From: Octopus bimaculoides
Taxonomy: Eukaryota
Assembly: GCF_001194135.2 (NCBI RefSeq)
Contig: NC_068984.1
Span: 144,505,705-144,569,704 of the forward strand
Reading direction: 5' to 3'
Length of the DNA stretch: 64,000 bases
Positions 53,978 through 64,000 of the stretch are shown here, one piece after another. The stretch's first letter is position 1, and the number at the start of each line of letters is the position of its first letter. The position numbers and the translations under genes are program-made. Under the pieces are notes generated by a model. It was not told the origin of the DNA. It saw only the letters and a list, made by a program, of their open reading frames with translations, and did no database searches.

Positions 53978-54029
<52 letters not shown>
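53508..54029 (+). mobile_element. SINE family D (family A-type head, internal ~65-nt tandem units, ggaagggcatccagctgtagaaac body, (GAT)n tail)
   Basis: Other body copies (approx.): 350-455, 3690-3860, 8100-8290, 10610-10690, 11490-11640, 13200-13340(-), 17430-17765, 21130-21335, 22600-22800(-), 29480-29660, 48290-48505, 51484-51770, 58430-58640(-). Confidence 0.8.
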
Positions 54030-54152
54030 CTTTGTTCCCAGAGATCGCTCATAAAGTGAAAACTTCTAAAGCAGACCAATAATTTTCCATGTTAGCAATG
54101 AAATTTTGTGTCATCATTTTACTCCATTGCTGTGTAGACACATCAGAACCAG

Positions 54153-54216
54153 CATTGCCACATGTTGCAATATTGCCACATGTTGCAACATTGCCACATG
54201 TTGCAACATTGCCACA
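54153..54216 (+). repeat. 18-bp minisatellite x3.5 (cattgccacatgttgcaa)
   Basis: Direct inspection; one substitution between units. Confidence 0.95.
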
Positions 54217-54242
54217 CACACAAAATGGTTGTTTAATCTTTT

Positions 54243-54382
54243 TACACATTATTTACATTTGACAGATATTTGTCCTCATCTTGTGTGTTGTTAACACGTT
54301 TTGGCTGATGTACTCTCCAGCCTTCATCAGGTGTCCTGGGGGAATTTCGAACCTAGGTTCTCACTCCTAAGTATTTTTCCGA

Positions 54383-54413
<31 letters not shown>

Positions 54414-54515
54414 TTTATTATCATTATTATTATTATTATTCAGGTCACTGCCTGGAATCGAACTCAGAATCTTGGGGTTAGCAGCTAATGCTCTTAACCA
54501 CTATGCCATATGCCC
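54243..54515 (-). mobile_element. Composite element: tRNA-derived Pol III head + (AAT)n + hammerhead-like 3' module
   Basis: A box TGGCATAGTGG (54508-54498), B box AGTTCGATTCC (54464-54454), (AAT)n at about 54437-54383, then the HHR core in the same orientation. Confidence 0.6.
54293..54335 (-). ncRNA. Decayed minimal hammerhead motif
   Basis: gacac-CUGAUGA-A-ggctg[gagagtacat]cagcc-AAAAC-gtgtt. Stem I (gacac/gtgtt) and 5-bp stem II pair. G12 reads A (CG to CA), and stem III and the triplet are missing. Confidence 0.5.
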
Positions 54516-55004
54516 ATAGGCATTTTTACATTTATTATCAAATAAAACTTGTAAACTGTGTGTCTCGTAAAACAGGTCCTCATAAAGTGAGGCATTACTA
54601 TATTGTTAATGTTGTTAATGTTGTTGTTGTTGTTGTTGTTTAGATCCAGATCAGTTCCGGTTCACAACAATCAAAGACAATAATAGCCATGATCAGTCCA
54701 TCTGCCATTTACTTTTTTTTGTTCCCAGGTGATATATGTAAGGTCGCATACACTTTCCAATATTCTCTGCTGTTCAAAGTGAGTAGGGGCAGTTTGAGGA
54801 CGACTTGGCTGCCATTACTTCCAGGTTGTGTGATTTGCATGAAGGCTCCCTCATTGGTGACAGGGCAGGCTCAGTAAAGGTTGGAGTATTGCATGGTTGA
54901 TGTCAGAACCGCATCATAAATACCATCCGAGACATTACCAAGGATAACAGCACACGGCATAAACAACATCAGAGACAACGTAATGGAAAATATCAGAACA
55001 CACT

Positions 55005-55330
55005 GGCAGCAGCATCATCATCATCATCATCATCATCGTCACTACCATCATCATCATGATCATCATCGTCATCATCATCGTCATCATCATCATGATCATC
55101 ACCACCACCACCACTTACATCACTGTTAACATCATCACCAAGCAGCAGCAGCACCACCACCACCACCACCACCAGAATTACAATCACCGTCATCATCATC
55201 ATCAACAACAACAACAACAGCAGCAGCAGCAGCTGCCACCACTACCACCATCACCACCACCACCACCACATCATCATCACCTGTCATCATCATCATCGTC
55301 ATCACCGCAACCGTCATCGTCACAGAGAAT
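55005..55330 (+). repeat. Mosaic trinucleotide tract (CAT/CAC/CAA/CAG)
   Basis: Direct inspection. Confidence 0.9.
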
Positions 55331-56060
55331 AACATCACACGATCTACAACCATCGTTTACCAGGATTAATTACACATAAAGCCACTTGTCAATGAGTTGA
55401 AGAGTTATCTTTGAAATATTCCATTCCGGTTCCTCAAGAAGAAGCACAAGTGGCATTCTATTTGAGGAATCAATATTCTTCAATTGATCTTCGTTAAGCT
55501 ATAGAACATATTAGATGCATGGCTTCGTTAGATTTTTCTAGTTTTGTAGACTGAAGTTGTTTGTTGTTGTGGGGAGTGGGGGTGGGAAGGCACGAAACAT
55601 GGAGGGGATCTGCTTCTTCTTCTTGTTGATGTTGTTGTTGCGAGGTTGATGTTTGCATATCACTGGGAAATTCAAAAGTATTGGTGTCAATACTGTACTT
55701 AGCTTATATACAAACACACACACACACGTACGTACAAAGAAGTTCTTTAATACCAACAGACAAGTCGTTTGTGTGTGTGTGTGAATATATATACATATTT
55801 ATATACATATATGTACATATGTGTGTGTATATATATACTCTTTTATTCTTTACTCTTTTACTTGTTTCAGTCATTTGACTGCGGCCATGCTGGAGCACTG
55901 CCTTTAGTCGAAGAAATCGACCCCGGGACTTATTCTTTGTAAGCCTAGTACTTATTCTATCAGTCTCTTTTGCTGAACAGCTAAGTTACGGGGACGTAAA
56001 CACACCAGCATTGGTTGTCAAGCAGTGTTGGGGGACAAACACAGACACACAAACATATAC

Positions 56061-56144
<84 letters not shown>

Positions 56145-58800
56145 TTATNNNNNNNNNNNNNNNNNNNNNNNNNNNNNNNNNNNNNNNNNNNNNNNNNNNN
56201 NNNNNNNNNNNNNNNNNNNNNNNNNNNNNNNNNNNNNNNNNNNNNNNNNNNNNNNNNNNNNNNNNNNNNNNNNNNNNNNNNNNNNNNNNNNNNNNNNNNN
56301 NNNNNNNNNNNNNNNNNNNNNNNNNNNNNNNNNNNNNNNNNNNNNNNNNNNNNNNNNNNNNNNNNNNNNNNNNNNNNNNNNNNNNNNNNNNNNNNNNNNN
56401 NNNNNNNNNNNNNNNNNNNNNNNNNNNNNNNNNNNNNNNNNNNNNNNNNNNNNNNNNNNNNNNNNNNNNNNNNNNNNNNNNNNNNNNNNNNNNNNNNNNN
56501 NNNNNNNNNNNNNNNNNNNNNNNNNNNNNNNNNNNNNNNNNNNNNNNNNNNNNNNNNNTATATATATCTGACACATTTATTTATTCTGACAGAATTCTTC
56601 AAAATATATTGAATATAAATATAGCAAAAAAGCTGCCCATAATCACAAAGATGAACAAAACAAAGATAGAAACAAAACTGCATCCAGAAAGTCTTGAACC
56701 CTCATCTTCTGATTAGCAACCAACGCATTTCTAAATTATTCTATCAGGACCCAGAATTTCTTCAATTTCCTCTGCCCTGATGATAGTTGTCTACTTTCTG
56801 TATTGAATCTCACATTTCCAATTACTAGTTCTGTTAATTGAGAGTCTATAAGTGATGCTCCAACTTGGGAGCTCAAGAATGTTTGGGGAATTATAGAGTC
56901 TGCTCTTTGTTACTACAATTCCCAGGTCCATTCTGGCTCAGATGGAAGAACCTATTGAAGGCTGAGGTTATGAGCCAAGGCACATAAGATGGTATGGTGA
57001 CTAAAGAATATAGGACTTGAGGATAAGGTGATCCATAGACATGGGTCTCACATATCCCGCCAATGTATTGGCATGCGCTGATATTATGTGAACTTGTCCC
57101 TTTAAATAAGGGCTAAAAAAAAGCCCTGTGCCTCAAATGCTAATTCAAAACACCAGGAAACTGGCAGACTAAACTGTAAATATAACTGACTGGAAGCAAA
57201 AGGAAATCAATACTGTTTCTTTCTCAACAAAATCCTGAATCTTCAGACTTTGGCTTGAAGATCCACGATCACCAGTGCCAATAGGTTTGGCATATGAAGA
57301 AGAAGAAGAAGATGAAGAATGCAATTCAAACAACACACCTGTTTCAATTAATTATATCAACACAACTTCAAAGTGTCTTCCCCCACCACCACCAACCCAA
57401 AGTCCACTCATCTCGTATGGTTTTCTTCTTTCTGTCACCCTTACTGCTTTTCAACTCCCAGACAACATCATAGAAACCACCAAGCAGACCATATCGATAT
57501 CCTATGGCAGACAACGTGTTAAAAATGAGGACAACATCGTCATCATCATCATCATCATCATCATCCTTTAACATTTGTTTTCCTTGCTGGTATGGGTTGG
57601 ACTGCTGTGTTCCTTGGGTACTTCTAATAGAGTCTACTCTGTTAGAGTCAATCAGACCATCTTATCAATTTGAGGAACCCGTCTGCCTACCAGTCACAGA
57701 TACTTGTAAAAAATCACAAACAATGCCATAAGAATAAGTGCCTCTGAAGAGACATGATGGTCACGGCTGGAGTGCTTTGATTATTAGTAGTTGCACACTT
57801 GGGGGATGACCTGGGGTTAAGCAGCAACAACAACAACAATACAGACACCAGCCAATAAGATAGGGATCTGCAGTGATTCAAACTGCTAAAAATAGCAGCC
57901 AGGTCACCCTCTAATCATATCCATTTGCCTAAGGTGCTGCACAGTGGAACTGAACCGGAAAACCCCATGGTTGCAAAGCAAGCTGCTTAACCACCTAGCC
58001 ATGAAAATAAGGATTGTTCAAAACCTACATTTGTACATAAACAGCTGTTCCAATTTCTCTGTTCACTTTAGAAAGAATTCCTACCCTGATATCCGGTTAA
58101 AATACAGAGGAAGATATTTAGGTTTCTTATCATTAAAATGAAATAAAATCTGTGACAAAAATTTTCCAGGGCATTAGCCTCACCCTTGGAGTACAGATGT
58201 ACAGTGTTTATGGGGTGTGTGTATATATACATAAATATATAAACAAGGAGTGCTCAATACAGGTGAGTTTGTCTTGTGACTCGAGTTTCCTGTCATTGCA
58301 ATCTTCAGGCAAAACGGTTACAACTCAACATGCATACATATATATTGCTAAAGTATATCATCATTTTCATCGTTGTCATCGCTGTCGTTGTCATCGCTGT
58401 CGTCGTCATCATCGTTATTGTCATCATCATTACCATTTTAATGTCCACTTTCTTTCCATCCTTGCATAGGTCAGATTGAATTTGTTGAGCTAGACTTTCT
58501 GTGGCTGGATGCCTTTCCTGTCACCCTCCCTCACTTGGTTCCAAGCAAACTAATATTTCCCCCATCACCGGACATGTTTCATGGAAGACTGGAAATGAAC
58601 CACATGGTAAGCATGTGACAATCACACTCATTTACAACAAGGACACACACACACATCTTTTAACTTTTACTTGTTTCAGTCATAAGACGGTGGCCATGCT
58701 GGGGCACCGCTGCCTTGAAGAATATTTAGTCTTTCGAATCAACCCCAGTACTTATTTTTTTAAGTCTGGTACCTATTCTAGGTACCAGACTTATTCTAGG

Positions 58801-59160
58801 TAAAATTCTGTTGACTGTTCTTTGAGCCACTTCTTCACAACAGTTTTCACTTCCTCATCACTGGAATAATATTTGCCTCTCAAACCCTCTTTCGTGGGGC
58901 TGAAGAGATGATAGTCCAGTGACAAGGAAGTGAAAACTGTAGTGAAGAAGTGGCTCAAAGAACAGTTAACAGAATTTTACGGGGCAGGGATACATGTTCT
59001 CATTCAAAGGTAGAACATTGCTATTGAGAGAAACGCTATGTTGGGAAGTGGGGATGTGATCCACAGAGGACCAGCTTCATTTTGATGTATGATACATGTT
59101 CCTGTGTTGGTAATTATAACTGTCCTAAACAAAATGGCATTACTTTTCGACTAACCCCCG
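58801..59160. mobile_element. mariner transposon 3' remnant with internal fold-back inversion
   Basis: Minus 58914-58801 gives DYHLFSPTKEGLRGKYYSSDEEVKTVVKKWLKEQSTEF, with the mariner D-YHLF motif. Plus 58915 onward gives SSDKEVKTVVKKWLKEQLTEFYGAGIHVLIQR*. TIR-like end ttacttttcgactaacccccg|ta. Confidence 0.85.
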
Positions 59161-59458
59161 TATATATACATATACATACATATTATATGATGCCTGTGGG
59201 AACAGTCATAGGAACAAACAACAGCAAATATATTTAGTGGTTACCAGAAATTTAGAAGCTAAATCTCCCTCAAATCCCAACATCGAGTCTCAATGAATAT
59301 GCATGACTGACAGAATGTACTCCTAGATACACTTCGTCAGGGAAAACAGAATGCCTTTGGTCATACATCTTTGACATGTCAGCGCTGGGTTTAGGGGTCA
59401 CTTTGTTTGCAAGCATGGGGGTTAGGTAGTCCAGTTTGAGGAGAATTGCTTCCCTTAC

Positions 59459-59522
59459 CCCAGCCAGTTTCTTGGGCCCTGAAGACGGCCACGGGTGGGG
59501 ACATTGCTCTTCTTCCTCTAAG
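59459..59522 (-). CDS. Candidate 64-nt exon (coding or 5' UTR)
   Basis: Acceptor gtttgtttttcttaacag| and donor GGG|gtaagg in unique sequence. Two frames are open, so the reading frame is unresolved. Confidence 0.25.
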
Positions 59523-60231
59523 CTGTTAAGAAAAACAAACTGGCTCAAAAATAAAGATACATTTGAACAGGGACAGGGGACCTTTTTTTAGCAGCAAGGG
59601 TGAGATGCAAGCAGGCAATAACTTGTGGGGTACATCTGAACTGAGGCAAAGAAGAAATCTTTAATTTTACAAATCTTTAGTTTTAACAACTTGGATTGAA
59701 TTACTGTTTTGGTTGTAAGGTTTCAAGAGGTTTCTTTTCCCTCTGAGTATTCTAGAGACTTTGTCAGCAGGAGGTTTCAAATATAAATGTGGGTGAGGAG
59801 GGGGGGGTCCTTCACCCTTGTGTGTGTGTGAGAGAGAAAGGGGAAAAAGAGAACGAGTTGGAAATTATATGGGTCACAAGTGAACGGTTCATGTTTGAGA
59901 TGTGGTGGTGCTGGTGGTGAGTAAATAATGTAGCAAGAACATGATGAAATTAGGTTAAATGTGACAGTTTGATTGAGTAGAAGGAAACAGAGAAAGATAT
60001 CATATTTCTGGGGGGAAAACAGTATGACTGTGTGCTTAAGAAGTTTGCTTCGCAACCACATGCTTTCGGGTTCAATTTCACTGTGCGGCATCTTCAGCAA
60101 GTGTCTTCTATAGCTAGCCTCGAATGCAAACCTGGAAGTACTTATAACAGTCCTACTCAGTAGCACAGGGTAAACCTGAAGGTGGATTAGCTCTATACTG
60201 TATTCTACTATGTCCTTAATAGAATATACCA

Positions 60232-60266
<35 letters not shown>

Positions 60267-61175
60267 NNNNNNNNNNNNNNNNNNNNNNNNNNNNNNNNNN
60301 NNNNNNNNNNNNNNNNNNNNNNNNNNNNNNNNNNNNNNNNNNNNNNNNNNNNNNNNNNNNNNNNNNNNNNNNNNNNNNNNNNNNNNNNNNNNNNNNNNNN
60401 NNNNNNNNNNNNNNNNNNNNNNNNNNNNNNNNNNNNNNNNNNNNNNNNNNNNNNNNNNNNNNNNNNNNNNNNNNNNNNNNNNNNNNNNNNNNNNNNNNNN
60501 NNNNNNNNNNNNNNNNNNNNNNNNNNNNNNNNNNNNNNNNNNNNNNNNNNNNNNNNNNNNNNNNNNNNNNNNNNNNNNNNNNNNNNNNNNNNNNNNNNNN
60601 NNNNNNNNNNNNNNNNNNNNNNNNNNNNNNNNNNNNNNNNNNNNNNNNNNNNNNNNNNNNNNNNNNNNNNNNNNNNNNNNNNNNNNNNNNNNNNNNNNNN
60701 NNNNNNNNNNNNNNNNNNNNNNNNNNNNNNNNNNNNNNNNNNNNNNNNNNNNNNNNNNNNNNNNNNNNNNNNNNNNNNNNNNNNNNNNNNNNNNNNNNNN
60801 NNNNNNNNNNNNNNNNNNNNNNNNNNNNNNNNNNNNNNNNNNNNNNNNNNNNNNNNNNNNNNNNNNNNNNNNNNNNNNNNNNNNNNNNNNNNNNNNNNNN
60901 NNNNNNNNNNNNNNNNNNNNNNNNNNNNNNNNNNNNNNNNNNNNNNNNNNNNNNNNNNNNNNNNNNNNNNNNNNNNNNNNNNNNNNNNNNNNNNNNNNNN
61001 NNNNNNNNNNNNNNNNNNNNNNNNNNNNNNNNNNNNNNNNNNNNNNNNNNNNNNNNNNNNNNNNNNNNNNNNNNNNNNNNNNNNNNNNNNNNNNNNNNNN
61101 NNNNNNNNNNNNNNNNNNNNNNNNNNNNNNNNNNNNNNNNNNNNNNNNNNNNNNNNNNNNNNNNNNNNNNNNNNN
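60267..61175. other. Assembly gap (largest). Others: 6405-6629, 10770-10992, 31563-31572, 33164-33323, 51339-51483, 56149-56558
   Basis: N runs, most bordered by TA microsatellite. Confidence 1.
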
Positions 61176-62585
61176 ATATATATATATATATATATATATA
61201 TAGATAGATAGATAGATACACACACATATATATATATATATATATATGTATATCAATCTATCTATCTACATATATATATATATCACTATTATCGTTGTTT
61301 ATATATCGTCATCATCATCATCATCATTTAACATCTGTTAAATAACAGCTTGAAGGAAAGTGTAATGATGGTTGCACCTGATAGGACCCTATGGTGGAGG
61401 GGACTGAGGGACCATACTCTAGCTCACCTAGAAATAATGGGTGAAGAAGGATGGATGGATGGATAACAGCTTAATAACATCATCTATAGTTACAATAAGC
61501 AGCTTCCACTGTATATGAGAAAGTCGTCAGTTATTTGAAAGTCGAAACATTGCCTTCAAGCATATACACACTCATGTACACAAATACACACGTGCTTGAA
61601 TGTTCACCGATGTTATTACTTTAATCCATTCGCACACACATATATACATACACACACATATACATACACACACACGTGTGTGTGTGTGTGTAAAAAACGT
61701 GTGTGTTTAGCACGTTTAAATGGATAGTATATACACACAGAATGGATGTAGAGAGCAGGTGTTGTTTTAGTAAAACACAATAAAGGTTAAGTGATGGCAG
61801 AAAGTATTCCGTCATTGATTTGTTTAGTATCTGCATGTCTACAGACACACGCATACATACATATATTTGTGTATTATGTATATATATAGACACACACACA
61901 CACACATTCATGCAAACAAATACATTTGCAGATGAAGCAAGGAAGGCAAAAAGAAGACAATACAAATTTTAATAAGTAGTTTAACACTTAAAAAGAAAGG
62001 AACTAGGCTTGATGTTTCAGACAGCAGTCCTAAAAGGTAAAAATAAAATAAAAACAAAGAACCCCCCCCTTTCCCACCCCACCCCCACACACACGCATCT
62101 ATATGTGCTGTCTTGTTACATGTAGTTCACATTCAGCTTGGCTCCACTTAACTGTTTCTCTCTCTCTCAGTTTCCTTTGTTTTCTTTCCAGCTGGAGTAT
62201 CCATGTATATCCTCTACAACAAGACACCTATCTCTATCCCTCTACTATACTTCTTAACCTCTCCTCACTCAGCATGAAGCCCTGTCTTTCAATAACTACT
62301 CCCCCCCCCACCTCCAAGTCAAGGGCTCTTTGTCTTGCAGGTTACTTAGTGACCCTACCAGTGCTGGTGCAACAAAACAAAAAAGCACCCAGGTACTCTG
62401 TGAAGTGGTTAGTGTTTGGAAGGGCCTCCATTTGTAGAAACTATCCCAAAACAGACAACAGAACTTGGCATACGTTCTGAGCTCAAATTCCATTGAGGTC
62501 AGCTTTGCTTTACATTTCTTTGGGGCTATTTGTTCCATGTACTTCTCAAGAAGTTATCATCATCGTTGTCATTATTATTATTATG

Positions 62586-62626
<41 letters not shown>

Positions 62627-62837
62627 GGCAGCGAGCAGGCAGACTCATTAGCATGTCGGGCTAAATGCTTAGTGGTATTTCGCTTGTCGCTACGTTCTGT
62701 GTTCAAATTCCGCCGAGGTCGACTTTGCTTTTCATCCTTTCAGGGTCAATAAATTATGTGCCAGTTGTACACTGGGGTAAATGAAATCAACTATTCCCCT
62801 CCTCCAAAATGGCTGCCCTTGTGACAAATTCTGAAAC

Positions 62838-62895
<58 letters not shown>

Positions 62896-62976
62896 GTTAG
62901 CATTATTATTATTTACAGCACTTGAGACTGGGTCTTTGGATTTGTATGCACCACTTCCCTGGCAAAAATAATGTCT

Positions 62977-63148
62977 TTAACATTTAAACAAGCCAGATCT
63001 GGTCTCTCCTACCCTACAATGTCATTCTATAAATAAACAATCACATCATTGAAATCTTGAAGCTATGAAATAATGGATGGTTAATTCAAAAGAAAGTGAA
63101 TAAACAATCATTACAATTGACAGAGTAATCTGATTGCTAAAGGGTTAA
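62977..63148 (-). mobile_element. piggyBac-like MITE, inverted copy of the 27283 family
   Basis: The reverse complement aligns to 27283-27470. CCCTTT terminus with a TTAA flank. Confidence 0.55.
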
Positions 63149-63951
63149 ATTCATTTGCAGCCGCATCTGTTTTAATGATACCTTGAAGGGAGAAAATAGA
63201 GTTTTACAATTTTACTGTTTACCAGATTTCAAAGACTTTGTAATGGAGAGAGGAATGTGCGTGTGGGAGTGTTAACAAACATTTACAAACTTATCTGACC
63301 CATTTAATAAACAAGCAGATAAACAATTATTACATCAAGTGAAAAAATTAAAACAAGAAAGCAAAAAAAATATGAGCAACAATTTTTAAAACAAATAAAG
63401 AAATACAGAAACTCTCGTTAAGGAGTGACTAATTAAGTGATTAGAGTTCTGTTGACAAAGCAGGACATCTTAAAGTAATTAAATGGTGAAATATTGATAT
63501 TTCTCTAAATCGGCCTTGTTGCCCCACCCCCTCACTCCTCCCTCTATTGTCCAACACAGCATCTGCACGTTAATCACAATTTGAACCTTAACGAACATGA
63601 TTGACATTAGAGACTAACGAGATTGTTTAGTGAGGAATATTTCCATTGATATTATTAACAACACTACACTGAAAATCGCCAGCAGCAAGTTAATCCAATC
63701 AACAGAGAAATAAGATTAATCAAACGGCACCAGAAGTTGGCAATTATTGAAAATTCTTAGAATAAATATTTGAAAACAAACAGCAAATCTTGTTGCGTGA
63801 AATTTAGATTGACTTCTCGTTGTTGTTGTAGTAGTCGTTTTTGTTGTTGCTGTTGTTGTGCAGCCGCAGGTAAGTTCTGATTGAGACTGATGGCATACAT
63901 GCATACACATCCACACTTACATATGTATGTCAATAGATGTATGAGTGTGTG

Positions 63952-64000
<49 letters not shown>

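Larger units (their letters stand above)
54032..54600. mobile_element. Second copy of the same pogo-like MITE, interrupted by insertions
   Basis: 54032-54100 matches 11865-11930 (ttgttccc.gagatc...aaagcagacca). The right end cataaagtgaggcattactata matches the 12400 TIR. Confidence 0.5.

Noticed and set aside
55056-55379. Poly-Q/H/P ORF resembling a transcription-factor low-complexity region
   Set aside because: A mosaic of trinucleotide repeats; the His-rich and Gln-rich parts are in different frames and there are no convincing splice sites.
59270-59548. 92-aa ORF with LLKLD and DMSKMYD, recalling the LINE RT motif
   Set aside because: The two halves are 17 residues apart and no other RT motifs flank them.
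56011-61256. Long ORFs of X and YI/HT/CV repeats (also 6264-6706, 10727-11138, 11497-11885, 33003-33419, 51159-51755)
   Set aside because: Artefacts of N gaps and dinucleotide microsatellites.

Overview
Eukaryotic, AT-rich, repeat-saturated scaffold from a short-read assembly: seven N gaps, most of them next to TA microsatellites. The microsatellite density and tRNA-headed SINE families look like a coleoid cephalopod, probably Octopus. That is inference and cannot be proven from the window. No rRNA, true tRNA, CRISPR array or intact transposon ORF was seen. The window is mostly intronic or intergenic. It holds dozens of copies of at least four SINE families plus remnants of RTE-BovB, L1/Tx1, Tc1/mariner, pogo-like and piggyBac-like elements. 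A few minus-strand exon candidates have good splice signals (best: 42627-42919 in a CpG-rich island, 4358-4560, 47312-47506), but I cannot name the product or fully chain them. The most interesting signal is four hammerhead-ribozyme-like (HHR) motifs at three loci. Two form an inverted pair in a ~258-bp hairpin (28894-29151). One sits downstream of a tRNA-like Pol III head (54243-54515, a SINE/retrozyme-like composite). One is a decayed type I HHR near 4961. Most ORF-track entries are microsatellite or N-gap artefacts.
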